From an uncultured Nitrososphaerales archaeon (GTDB lineage: Archaea > Thermoproteota > Nitrososphaeria > Nitrososphaerales > Nitrososphaeraceae): a DNA stretch of 64,000 nucleotides. Position numbers and translations under genes: made by a program. Shown here piece after piece: positions 32,357 to 42,711 of the stretch (its first letter is position 1; each line of letters opens with the position of its first letter). The stretch is taken from positions 32,001 through 96,000 of the forward strand of contig CAWJCY010000003.1 of NCBI GenBank assembly GCA_963841565.1, written 5' to 3'. The notes under the pieces are model-generated. The model was given only the letters and a program-made list of their open reading frames with translations. It was not told the origin of the DNA and ran no database searches.

Positions 32357-33190
32357 ATGAGGACATATTGCATAATTGGTGATCCTGTAAGTCATTCACT
32401 ATCCCCCGCAATGCACAATGCAGCTTTCAAATCATTATCCATGGACGATGTCTATATTGCATACAAGGTTTCATCACACGAACTGGAATCATCTGTCGAA
32501 TCGTTAAGGTCCGTCAAGATATCGGGATTCAATGTTACCATTCCTCACAAAACGGCTGTGTTGCAGTACCTAGACGAAGTTGATCTCATCTCGCGCAAAG
32601 CAGGGGCGGTTAACACCGTAGCGAGTATCAACGGAAAGTTCAAAGGTTTTAACACTGACATTCAAGGCTTTATCCAGCCCCTTCTTAACCGCAACATGGA
32701 TTTCAAGGGTTTGTCTGTACTCCTATTCGGTGCAGGGGGTTCGGCTAGGGCTGTTGTCACATCTTTGTCTAACGTCAACGGTATCTCAAAATTAGTTGTC
32801 GCCAATAGAACCTATGGCAAATCACTGGAACTGTCTAAACTGGCTGATCTACAAGGATTGACCAGCTCAGTCTCGATGTTTGAAGAAGCGAAAAGAATGG
32901 CAAAACATTTCGATCTCATAGTAAATGCAACCTCTGTGGGGTTGCAATCAAATGAATCACTCTTGGATAGTGAAGATATTGATGAAAACAGCACAGTATA
33001 TGATCTAGTTTACAGACCCGTTATGACCAAACTTCTTGAAAATGCTCGAGGAAAAGGAGCAAGGGTCATTTACGGTTATGAAATGTTACTTGAGCAAGGA
33101 GCTCAAGCGTTCGAGATTTGGACTGGACTGAAAGCACCTCTGCCCGCGATGAAAAAGGCTCTCTTTGGGGTATTTCAAGAGCCAAAATGA
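32357..33190 (+). CDS. aroE: Shikimate dehydrogenase
   Basis: HSLSPAMHN, NVTIPHK, GAVNT, NTD, GAGGSA, NATSVG. Confidence 0.97.
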   Translation: MRTYCIIGDPVSHSLSPAMHNAAFKSLSMDDVYIAYKVSSHELESSVESLRSVKISGFNVTIPHKTAVLQYLDEVDLISRKAGAVNTVASINGKFKGFNTDIQGFIQPLLNRNMDFKGLSVLLFGAGGSARAVVTSLSNVNGISKLVVANRTYGKSLELSKLADLQGLTSSVSMFEEAKRMAKHFDLIVNATSVGLQSNESLLDSEDIDENSTVYDLVYRPVMTKLLENARGKGARVIYGYEMLLEQGAQAFEIWTGLKAPLPAMKKALFGVFQEPK

Positions 33191-34041
33191 ATAGATCAAT
33201 TCGTGTAACTATGCACGGGGCCGTATCTGTTGTAAATGCAGTGGCAAATGGTCGTGGATCTGCGTTGGGAATATCCCTTAAAGTGATTGCAGATTTGACT
33301 CTCTCTCCGGGAAAGGGTGTTTATTTGCAGTCAAAGCAAGGCGAGAAGCTGCTCAACATACTCATTAGGAAAACGTTACCAAAGACAGTACTCTTAGATC
33401 ATTTAGTCCGAATCGGGATCAAATCAGAAATTCCTGTTGGATTTGGATTGAAGAGCTCTAGCGCAGTATCCAGTGCGGTTGCACTAGCAATTCAGAGGGT
33501 CCTTGGTGAAGAGATCGATGATGTAAAAGTGCTCAATCAATCTGCTGATGCGTCAATTGACGCTGGCGTTTCGTTGACAGGGGCCTTCGACGATTCAGCT
33601 GCCTGTTATTTTGGGGGATTTGTAGTTACAGACAATTTTTCAAGAAAGATCATAAGAAGGGAACCTGCTTCGGAGAACCTTTCTGCGATTATTTTACTCC
33701 CAGCTCGTGTAACAAGAGGGAATTTGTTCAACCTTTACCTAGCTCCGGAAATATTTGATGTAGCATTTAAGATGGCATCTGACCACGACTATTGGAACGC
33801 AATGAAGCTTAATGGAATGGCGGTCGGAGCACTGTTGGGTAGCGATTATACTCCCGTCATATCAGCGATCAAGGAACATGCCCTCTCTGCGGGGATCTCA
33901 GGCAATGGACCTTCAGTAGTGGCAATTGCTGATTCAAAGCACCTCAAGAGTTTGGTGTCATCAATGTCAAGTTTCGAGGGCCAGGTATTAATATCAAAGG
34001 TTAACAATCAAAAGGCAACAGTAGAAGACTTCGATGGTTAA
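33187..34041 (+). CDS. aroK: Archaeal GHMP-family shikimate kinase
   Basis: IPVGFGLKSSSA, TGAFDD, SGNGPS; ATG at 33187 overlaps the aroE stop. Confidence 0.94.
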   Translation: MNRSIRVTMHGAVSVVNAVANGRGSALGISLKVIADLTLSPGKGVYLQSKQGEKLLNILIRKTLPKTVLLDHLVRIGIKSEIPVGFGLKSSSAVSSAVALAIQRVLGEEIDDVKVLNQSADASIDAGVSLTGAFDDSAACYFGGFVVTDNFSRKIIRREPASENLSAIILLPARVTRGNLFNLYLAPEIFDVAFKMASDHDYWNAMKLNGMAVGALLGSDYTPVISAIKEHALSAGISGNGPSVVAIADSKHLKSLVSSMSSFEGQVLISKVNNQKATVEDFDG

Positions 34042-35386
34042 GATATCTATCCAAAGATCGCAACTGAGCGGAACAGCGAGGTGCCCATCAAGCAAGAGCT
34101 ACACACATAGGGCCGTATTTCTAGCGTCTCTTTCAGACGGCGAGTCCAGGATCCTTGATCCATTAATCTCAAGAGACACTCTTTCAACAATAAATGCTTG
34201 TAGAGCTTTAGGACCTCAAATCGTTCATGAAGGATCTTCGTTACGAATTATAGGAACACAGTTGAAAGCACCAGATGATGTCATTGATGCAGGAAATTCA
34301 GGAACTACAATTCGAATTGCTATATCGGTTTGTTCTCTGATTGAATCAGGGTATAGTGTATTAACTGGAGATATCAGTCTAAGAACACGTCCCATGGGTC
34401 CTCTCCTTAGCTCGCTTGGGAATTTAGGTGTTGATTGCTTCTCTACAAAATTAGATGGTACCGCCCCTATTGTTGTAAAGGGAGGCGGGCTGAAAGGAGG
34501 AAATGTAACCATAAATGGTTCCATTTCTAGTCAATTCTTGTCATCCTTACTTATTGCAGCAGTTCGAGCCAGTAATGATGTGTCGATAGGAGTTGAGGGA
34601 GACCAAGTCTCCCGTCCCTATATCTTGTCAACTATAGCCACAATGGAAAAATTCGGGATCAATATTGAACGGGATAATGACCTGAGAAATTTTAATGTAA
34701 AAAGTGGTACCTACTCTCCTGTGATATTCCACGTCCCATCTGATCTTTCGTCAGCCTCAATGATGGTGGCAGCAGGAATCTTGGTGGGTAAGGATAAAAT
34801 TCAACTGTCGGGATTAAACTTTGACTTACCTCAAGGAGATTCTAAGATCTTCAGTATTGTCGAACAAATGAACGGCAAAATCATCGTGGACACCATCAAG
34901 GGCGAGTTGTTTGTTGAAGGATCAGAGAGGTTGGAAGGAGGGGAATTTGATTTGAAAGACAGTCCGGATCTTTTGCCAGTCGTCTCTATTTTAGCACTTA
35001 AGGCAAAAAGCCCTGTTGTGATAGGTGGAATCTCTCATGCTAGATTCAAGGAGACGGATAGAGTCAGGAACATCACAGCCGAACTAAGAAAGCTAGGCGC
35101 AACGGTATCTGAGACCTATGACTCGATTTCAATACAACCTCCAGCAGTCATCAAAAACGCTTCATTGGAGTCATTTGACGATCACCGTTTATTCATGGCG
35201 CTATCCATTGCATCTCTTCTGACCAATCATTCTACATTGAATGGCGCCGAGTCAGTAGATGTATCCTACCCAAGCTTTCTAGAGGACCTCACAAGGTTGG
35301 GAGCTGAATATATCAGTATGTTCAGACCAAAATTAATAGAGGATCCATCTTTCAGTATAATTTCTGATCCTCTTTTGTCAAACTAG
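34034..35386 (+). CDS. aroA: EPSP synthase
   Basis: SKSYTHRA, GNSGTT, SSQF, KETDR, DDHR. Confidence 0.97.
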   Translation: MVKISIQRSQLSGTARCPSSKSYTHRAVFLASLSDGESRILDPLISRDTLSTINACRALGPQIVHEGSSLRIIGTQLKAPDDVIDAGNSGTTIRIAISVCSLIESGYSVLTGDISLRTRPMGPLLSSLGNLGVDCFSTKLDGTAPIVVKGGGLKGGNVTINGSISSQFLSSLLIAAVRASNDVSIGVEGDQVSRPYILSTIATMEKFGINIERDNDLRNFNVKSGTYSPVIFHVPSDLSSASMMVAAGILVGKDKIQLSGLNFDLPQGDSKIFSIVEQMNGKIIVDTIKGELFVEGSERLEGGEFDLKDSPDLLPVVSILALKAKSPVVIGGISHARFKETDRVRNITAELRKLGATVSETYDSISIQPPAVIKNASLESFDDHRLFMALSIASLLTNHSTLNGAESVDVSYPSFLEDLTRLGAEYISMFRPKLIEDPSFSIISDPLLSN

Positions 35387-35422
35387 TCGCCCCAACATAC
35401 ATTAAACACATGTGAGTATTGA

Positions 35423-36556
35423 ATGGAGCTGAATCTAGTCATGCTTGGCAATCTAATAGGAGAACGGTTCATGGCTTTGAATTTCGGAGAAAGTCATGGC
35501 CGTTGTGTTGGGACAGTAGTAGATGGCTGTCCTGCAGGGCTTCCTCTGGAAGAATCTATTATCCAGAAAAAACTGGATCTGCGAAAGCCTGGACAGTCAG
35601 TAGTAAGTACGCAGCGAAAAGAAGATGATAAAGTAGAGATCCTGTCTGGGGTTTTTCAAGGTCGAACTAACGGTGGACCAATCTGTATGCTTATATGGAA
35701 CAAAGACCAAGACTCGCGACCCTACGAGCAGATTAGGACGATCCCCAGGCCGGGTCATTCAGATTATCCTGCTTCCGTAAAATATGGGGGATATGCAGAT
35801 TATCGTGGTGGGGGTCGCTTTTCTGGACGCCTAACCGCCACTTTTGTGATGGCCGGGGCTGTCGCAGAACGTCTATTAAGAGTTGCTCTTGGAGTCGATA
35901 TTGTCGCCTATGCTGTTGCAATTGGTAAAATAAGGGCCAGACGTATCGATTTTACGTCTGCATTAAAGTACCGTTATGGGAACGAGGTAAGATGTCCTGA
36001 TACTGAAGCAGCGGGAAAAATGAAGGAAGCAATTTTAGCCGCCAAGAAGAGAGGCGATTCGATTGGAGGTATCATCGAATGTGTTACCAATCGCCTTCCG
36101 GTTGGATTGGGTGAACCTCTCTTTAGTTCGCTGGAATCTGATATTAGTAGGGCTCTATTCGGGATCCCTTCGGTGAAAGCAGTTGAATTCGGCTCTGGTT
36201 TTTATGGCTGCACAATTCCAGGTTCAAAGAATAACGATACCTATGTTTTAGAGAAAGGAACAGTAGTGACCAGAACCAATAATTCTGGAGGCATCCTCGG
36301 CGGACTCTCTACGGGAATGCCCTTAGTTATAAGAATTGGATTTAAACCCCCTTCATCAATCGCACAAACACAAGAAACTCTGGATCTGTCTAGTAGAACG
36401 CAAACTAAATTGAAAGTTCCGGGAAGACACGATCCATGCGTGGTCCCCAGAGCGCCACCAGTTGTGGAGGCTATAGTCTCCTTAGTCCTTGCGGATCACG
36501 CAATTAGGCATGGGCTCATTTCATCGTCACATCTGGGAGTGAAGCGCGATAACTGA
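35423..36556 (+). CDS. aroC: Chorismate synthase
   Basis: GESHG, PRPGH.D, RGGGRFSGR, GRHDPC. Confidence 0.97.
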   Translation: MELNLVMLGNLIGERFMALNFGESHGRCVGTVVDGCPAGLPLEESIIQKKLDLRKPGQSVVSTQRKEDDKVEILSGVFQGRTNGGPICMLIWNKDQDSRPYEQIRTIPRPGHSDYPASVKYGGYADYRGGGRFSGRLTATFVMAGAVAERLLRVALGVDIVAYAVAIGKIRARRIDFTSALKYRYGNEVRCPDTEAAGKMKEAILAAKKRGDSIGGIIECVTNRLPVGLGEPLFSSLESDISRALFGIPSVKAVEFGSGFYGCTIPGSKNNDTYVLEKGTVVTRTNNSGGILGGLSTGMPLVIRIGFKPPSSIAQTQETLDLSSRTQTKLKVPGRHDPCVVPRAPPVVEAIVSLVLADHAIRHGLISSSHLGVKRDN

Positions 36557-36558
36557 TA

Positions 36559-37946
36559 GTGAAGGGGTAGCGGAAAATAAGGAGCTACGAGTCCTCCGTT
36601 CTGAAATTCAAGCTGTGACGGGTGAGATATTTCAAAAGATTAAGCATAGAATGGAATTAGCGCAGAAAATTGGGGACATCAAGACCAAGCTTGGAATGGA
36701 TGTAACAGACGATCAGGTTGAAAGCGAAATAAGGAAATCGATATTAAGTCTCGCTCACCAAATTGGTTTGGACCCTTCATATTCCTCTAGATTACTCAAT
36801 CTATTGCTTATTGAGTCAGTCGGTCTTCAAAGAAAACAGAAAACAGTTGAGCATGCAACTTCACATATGGACGTTCTAATGAGAGCCAGACAAATTGAAG
36901 CATCTGGAAGACCGATGATACACTTGGAAATTGGCGAGCCCGATTTCGGACCTCCACCAAGCATTAAAGACGCGTTTGCAAATGCGATAAACTCCGGCTG
37001 TTATCACTATACTGATGCCCGAGGGATTGAAAAGTTACGGGAGAAGCTAGCCCTTATTCATGGCTTTACAAAGGAAACGGTAATGGTGACGCCAGGTGGA
37101 AGGTTCGGAGTATATGCATCCATTGCTTCATTGCTCAAGCCTGGGGAGGAGATTGTGGTTATAGAGCCTTCTTGGCCAGCATATTCAGACTGCGCAGCAT
37201 TAAATTCAGTCAAGGTCAAAACTATCAAAACAACCCTCGAAAATCAATGGTCCCCTGACATTGACAAGATAGATGATGCAATAAATGATGCTACGAAGAT
37301 GATCGTTCTAAATTATCCGAACAATCCTACTGGGAAGATATTGGATACAGATACCATTGAAAGGATCATTTCTTTAGCGAAAGATCATGACCTCTACATT
37401 TTAAGTGATGAGGTATATTCAAAATATTGCATCAAAAAATTCAAAAGTATTTCTGAATACAGTTATGAAAGGTCAATTGTTATTGAATCGTTTTCCAAAA
37501 CCTATGCAATGACCGGTTTTCGGCTCGGTTACGTTTTATCTAGCGCTCTAATTATCAAACACATTGCGAAACTGCTAGCATTTGCTATGACAAGCGTAGC
37601 TGAGCCACTTCAATATTGTGCACTGAATGCACTCGAAAACGAGTACGCGACTAACGTCGAAGAGACTAGAATCAGGCTTTCTACCTTAGTTGAAAGGCTA
37701 AAACAGATGGATCTGAGTTTCACTATTCCTGATGGTTCCATGTACTTGTATCCAAGGATTAATACTATAACACTAGACGATAATACCTTGGTCAACCTAT
37801 TGCTAGAAAGGGGTGTTGCAGTCGCACCTGGGAGCGCTTTTGGTAGCAGTTATAGCAAGTTTATTAGAATTTCCGCAACTCAACCTGCAGACAAAATCGA
37901 AAAAGCAATGGACGATTTAGAGACTTGTCTTTCGATGAAGATATGA
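36559..37946 (+). CDS. Chorismate mutase fused to class I aminotransferase
   Basis: N-terminal AroQ-like helices (LRSEIQAVTGEIFQKIKHRMELAQKIG) followed by GEPDF, NYPNNPTG, SDEVY, SFSKTYAMTGFRLG; start likely GTG 36559 with a homopolymer indel. Confidence 0.88.
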
Positions 37947-38840
37947 TTAGCTCCTTTCCTATGAGGAGAGTCGCGGTCATAGGAGGAGCAGGCAGGATGG
38001 GAAGATGGTTTACCTATTACTTTGCACGATCAAACAATGTGAGGGTGTCTGTTTATGACAAAAAAAGACTTGTATTTAGAAACCTACAGTACGTTGATCG
38101 TTGCGAGACTATTAATGATTGTGTGAAAGAGGCCGATTTGGTTATAGTCTGTGTTCCTATTGATAGCATCGTCTCAGTCGTTCAAGAATGTCTTACTTAC
38201 ATGAAAGAGGGAGCCACACTATCGGAGATTTCATCCATTAAGAAGCAAATATTCAGTGTATTGCGAGCTGCCAGAAAGGACATTACATGCCTATGTATTC
38301 ATCCAATGTTTGGTCCAGCTACTAAAAGGTCGAGAATTATCAAGAACTTGCTTATCCCAGTCAGGAATCGGGCCAAAGAATTAGCTCTCCTCAGTTCTAT
38401 TTTCCCACGATCGGAAATAGAAGTGATTAGAAACCCAGATCTCCATGACAAGTACATGGCAGTGGTCATTGGGCTCACCTATTACATTAATCTAGTATTA
38501 GGTTCAATGCTTTCCAAACTCGATCTAAAAACTATGAAAAAGATTGCCGGAACGAGCTTTGGAATGCAGATCATGATTACTGAAAGTATCCTAAACGATT
38601 CTCCGGAGCTCGTGTCATCGCTATTACGAGAAAACCCCTTCAACAAGACGTATATCACTAACTTTCTTGCAGAGGCAGAAAACATACAGGATTTAGTCTC
38701 TGGCAAGGACGAAAGAGCTGACTAGAAAAGCCGTTGAGGATATTAAAACTCGTATAAATAGATTAACGGATACCGACAAATCTTATGTCAAATTTTATAG
38801 GGCAATAGAATATCTCAAGACACTGGACATCAAGAAATAG
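37925..38840 (+). CDS. tyrA: Prephenate/arogenate dehydrogenase, frameshift near 38712
   Basis: GGAGRMG, ISSIK, IHPMFGP, HDKYMA; C-terminus continues in another frame to 38840. Confidence 0.9.
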
Positions 38841-39012
38841 AATTGAAAATGAAACCGAAATGATCTCAATAAGGTTTGTCGTGCTACTATCCTCTTAGTG
38901 TCCCGGAATCATGATACCGTGATAGAAGTACACTGCAAATATAGCAGCACCCTGAAAATACTATTATTGAGCGAGTGCTCAGAAGTCAGATGACATTTTT
39001 GGGTAAGTACGA

Positions 39013-39994
39013 ATGAAAATACAATTAACTCGACATTTGGCATGCGTAAAACACTATGGGCGCAGTAGAAATTTATCCATTGATTTGCTCGATTCAAAGA
39101 ACGGAAACGAATGTTTAGAGGGTTTTCTCAAGTGTGAAGAATGCAATCAATTGTACCCTGTGATCGACGGCGTTGCTTTGCTTTTGGAGGATGTCGCAGA
39201 ATATATATCCTCCAGGCCATTTTTACTTGGAAAATGGATTCTGTCGAGTAAGACCTCGGCAATGAAAGAATATCTGAAAGGGATGAGTTCAACTCTCACC
39301 GAATTAAACAAATCTCAAGGGAATAATCTCTATGAAGTCGACGGGCCGTTATATGAGTCTTATAATTGGGCTCAGTTTGACTTTGATAGTAACGACAGAT
39401 TTCTCTCATTACTGAAACACAAGTTGTATCCTAACGATCTCTACAATAAGGTAGTCCATAGCACCTTGACAAATTTAGATGGGGCGGCGCTGGACTTGGG
39501 CTGCTCATCAGGATATGCGGCTTTTCTACTCGCCAAGAAATTCGCATTTGTAATTGGAGTAGATCTTTCGTTTTCTTTTATTAGCGAAGCAAGAAGGCGT
39601 ATGACATCACTAAGACAGGGTAATTTGGATTTCGTGGTCGCAGATTGCATAATGCCTCCATTTCTTCCCAATAAATTTGACCTGGTGATTGCATTGAATA
39701 TAATAGAGTTCATGGACGCTGAACAGTTGTTGGACAGCATCCACAGGTTGTTAAAGGAAGATGGGGAAGTTGCCTTCTCCTCACCCTATGATTACAATAG
39801 AACACAGCTAGGTTAACAGAGTAAATCCTCAGTCGTTCAGACAATTATTGCAAAGGTCAGGCTTTAGAATAGGGAGCAAATACATTACGGGTGAGTCATT
39901 TCTTCCTTGGACATTGAAGATTAATGAGCGGACCTATCTTTTTTATTATGTCGATTACCTTAGAGCGAGAAAAGCCTCGAAAGCCAGGAGATAG
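39013..39994 (+). CDS. Trm112-like domain plus class I SAM methyltransferase, frameshift near 39810
   Basis: LAC...EG.L.C..C...[10 protein letters not shown]; [18 protein letters not shown]; tail continues to a stop at 39994. Confidence 0.8.
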
Positions 39995-40085
39995 CATCAT
40001 GTGTTAGGAGCATTTCGTTAATCCGGTAATACAGGAATATTGGCTCACTTGAGATATATATAGTCTAGAAACTGATAGGCATTAG

Positions 40086-41093
40086 ATGAAAGCTCAACGA
40101 TGGCATGACAACGATATCAACTTCGATGATATCAAGCAGGACAGAATAGCTGTGATTGGCTACGGCATTCAAGGTCGTGCACAGGCCAATAATATGAAGG
40201 ATAGTGGATTAGATGTCTTTGTGGGGCTACGACAAGGTGGGAAGAGTTGGGATCTCGCTACTAAAGAGGGCCACAAGGTTCTGAGTCCAGCCGAAGCCAC
40301 TAAAGCGGCGAACATCGTTCATGTGCTAGTTCCGGATATGGAACAGAGTACTCTGTACAAAACAGAGATAGGACCCAATCTTTTGGAAGGAGCTGCATTA
40401 AGCTTTTCCCACGGCGCGGCGATACATTGGAAGTGGATTGAACCGCCTAGCAATATCGATGTGATAATGGTGGCTCCAAAAGGACCAGGACAGATGGTAC
40501 GAGAGTTGTTTTTGCAAGGATTCGGAACCCCATCATTAGTAGCAGTCGAACGTGATTATTCTACTAGGGCCTGGGGGAGGGTTCTTGGTCTTGCGAAGGC
40601 AATCGGCAGTTCCAGACCGGGATTAATAAAAACAACGTTTAAGGAAGAAGTTGAGACAGACTGGTTTGGCGAACAGGTGGACCTATGCGGTGGCACCCAT
40701 AGCCTCATTATGAATGCATTTGAGACCTTGGTGGAAGCTGGATATCAGCCAGAGGTGGCTTATTTCGAATGCTTGCATGAGCTTAAGTTGATAGTTGATT
40801 TAATCCACAGGTACGGGTTAACAGGCATGTACAATAGAGTTAGCGAAACGGCTCGATATGGAGGTCTGACGAGAGGACCCACAGTTATCGATACAGAGAG
40901 CAAGGAAAAAATGAGAAGGGTCCTCGGTGAGATCCAATCAGGTTCGTTCGCAGATGAATGGGTGAGTGTTTATGAGAAAGATGGTAAGAACTCGTTTGAG
41001 ACTTTTATGAAAAAGATTCAGAGCCACGAAATAGAACGTGTAGGTGTTGAGATGAGAAAGATGATGTGGCCTGTCGAAGAACGAACAGATTAA
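40086..41093 (+). CDS. ilvC: Ketol-acid reductoisomerase
   Basis: GYGIQG, FSHG, APKGPG, ETDWFGEQ..LCGG, AYFECLHE, SETARYG. Confidence 0.97.
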   Translation: MKAQRWHDNDINFDDIKQDRIAVIGYGIQGRAQANNMKDSGLDVFVGLRQGGKSWDLATKEGHKVLSPAEATKAANIVHVLVPDMEQSTLYKTEIGPNLLEGAALSFSHGAAIHWKWIEPPSNIDVIMVAPKGPGQMVRELFLQGFGTPSLVAVERDYSTRAWGRVLGLAKAIGSSRPGLIKTTFKEEVETDWFGEQVDLCGGTHSLIMNAFETLVEAGYQPEVAYFECLHELKLIVDLIHRYGLTGMYNRVSETARYGGLTRGPTVIDTESKEKMRRVLGEIQSGSFADEWVSVYEKDGKNSFETFMKKIQSHEIERVGVEMRKMMWPVEERTD

Positions 41094-41140
41094 AGAAAGA
41101 AGACAAGATCAGGATATCGCGTTCGCCTGCAAACCTCAAA

Positions 41141-41563
41141 TTAATTTCGAGGTTTGACATTGTTGGCTATGTAATCAATTATAGTTGGTAATGGGGTTCC
41201 AGGTCCGAAGTTGCCCATTACGCCCTCCTTTTCGAGGACCTTTTTGTCTGCCTCAGGTATGATGCCTCCTCCTATCAACAAGATATTATTTCCGCCTTTC
41301 TCTCTCACTAATTTCGCTACTTTAGGAAATAAGACTGAGTGAGCGCCGTTTAACAAGCTCATTGCAATTACATCAACGTCTTCTTCGATCGCGATCTTCG
41401 CTACTTGGTCAGGCGTGCAAAATAGGCCAGAATAAATAACTTCCATCCCCGCATCTCGTAGCGCCCTGCAGATTACAAGCGCACCCCTATCGTGCCCGTC
41501 TAGTCCCAACTTGGAAACAAGGATTCTAATTGGTCCCTTGTGCTGTTCAGTCTCCTCTAGCAT
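41141..41563 (-). CDS. Methylmalonyl-CoA mutase small (B12-binding) subunit
   Basis: KLGLDGHDRGA, LRDAGMEVIY.G, GGGIIP. Confidence 0.95.
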   Translation of the reverse strand: MLEETEQHKGPIRILVSKLGLDGHDRGALVICRALRDAGMEVIYSGLFCTPDQVAKIAIEEDVDVIAMSLLNGAHSVLFPKVAKLVREKGGNNILLIGGGIIPEADKKVLEKEGVMGNFGPGTPLPTIIDYIANNVKPRN

Positions 41564-41774
41564 ATCAATCTGCTTACTTCATAAAGATGGCGAGAAGTAT
41601 ATCTAATTTGCGTCTATTGTTTTTGTCGGTATTTTTCTTGTCGTTGTCGTCGTTGTCGTCAAGCCTGCTATTCTACTGGGAGCCAAATACGAGAGTTAGG
41701 ATTGAAAGATGGAGTTGATATATCTATTCCGTTCGTTACCAATGAATTTATACCGAATTTGTAATACCTGAGTC

Positions 41775-42698
41775 ATGCTTCAGATAGTTAAAAAACTGCT
41801 CGAAGGAGATCGTAGGTCTCTGGCTCGGGCAATTTCTATGGTTGATAACAATGACCCTGATTCTCAGGACATCGTCCGCGAGATTTTTTCCTTGACGGGT
41901 AAATCCAGATCGATAGGTTTTACAGGTCCTGCAGGTGCAGGGAAGAGTTCTCTTATAGGAGCATTGGTTCACAATTTTCAAACTATGGGTTATCGGATAG
42001 CTATCCTTGCAGTAGATCCTACCAGCCCAATAACTGGAGGGGCAATCCTAGGGGACCGGGTTAGGATGCAAGTAACCATGGATGACCATAATGTGTTCAT
42101 GAGGAGTTTGGCCTCTAGAGGTGCTGTGGGTGGCGTTTCCAATTCACTTAGGAATGTTATTCGAATTCTAGATGTTGCCGGATTCGATCTAATCTTAGTT
42201 GAAAGTGTTGGAGCTGGCCAGTTAGAAGTTGAAATTTCTAGGATCGTAGACATTACAATCGTTGTGTTGACCCCTCAGACCGGAGACAACGTCCAATCGA
42301 TTAAGGCTGGCCTTAACGAAATAGGGGAAATTTATGCAATCAACAAGGGCGACCTAGATGGCTCTGGCAATTTATTCAATTCCATCCTGGAATTTGTAGG
42401 CGGAACTGAGAAGAGACCTTCAGTTTTGAAAGTGTCTGCGCGAACAGGAGAAGGGGTTAAGGACCTGGCCTCGCTTATTGATGAGAAATTAATAAGTAAC
42501 AAAGCGAGCATAACAGAGAAGAGGAAAAGTATGTTGAAAAACGAACTACAAGAAATGATATTCCGAGCGGTGGAACAGAAGGCTAAGTCGTTTCTTAAAG
42601 ACAACCTGGAATTTGAGAATTATGTATCTATGGTGATCGAAAAGAAAATCGACCCATACCTGGCTGCTGAACGAATATCCGCTACGATCATGAGGTAG
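41775..42698 (+). CDS. meaB: Methylmalonyl-CoA mutase chaperone GTPase MeaB
   Basis: TGPAGAGKSS, DPTSP.TGGAILGDRVRM, ESVGAGQ, NKGD. Confidence 0.95.
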   Translation: MLQIVKKLLEGDRRSLARAISMVDNNDPDSQDIVREIFSLTGKSRSIGFTGPAGAGKSSLIGALVHNFQTMGYRIAILAVDPTSPITGGAILGDRVRMQVTMDDHNVFMRSLASRGAVGGVSNSLRNVIRILDVAGFDLILVESVGAGQLEVEISRIVDITIVVLTPQTGDNVQSIKAGLNEIGEIYAINKGDLDGSGNLFNSILEFVGGTEKRPSVLKVSARTGEGVKDLASLIDEKLISNKASITEKRKSMLKNELQEMIFRAVEQKAKSFLKDNLEFENYVSMVIEKKIDPYLAAERISATIMR

Positions 42699-42711
42699 TG
42701 AGTAGAGGAAC

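Noticed and set aside
41636-41660. Short GTCGTT/GTC microsatellite and the 41530-41718 ORF
   Set aside because: Only a few units in a divergent promoter region; the ORF has no motif and overlaps the mutase small-subunit start
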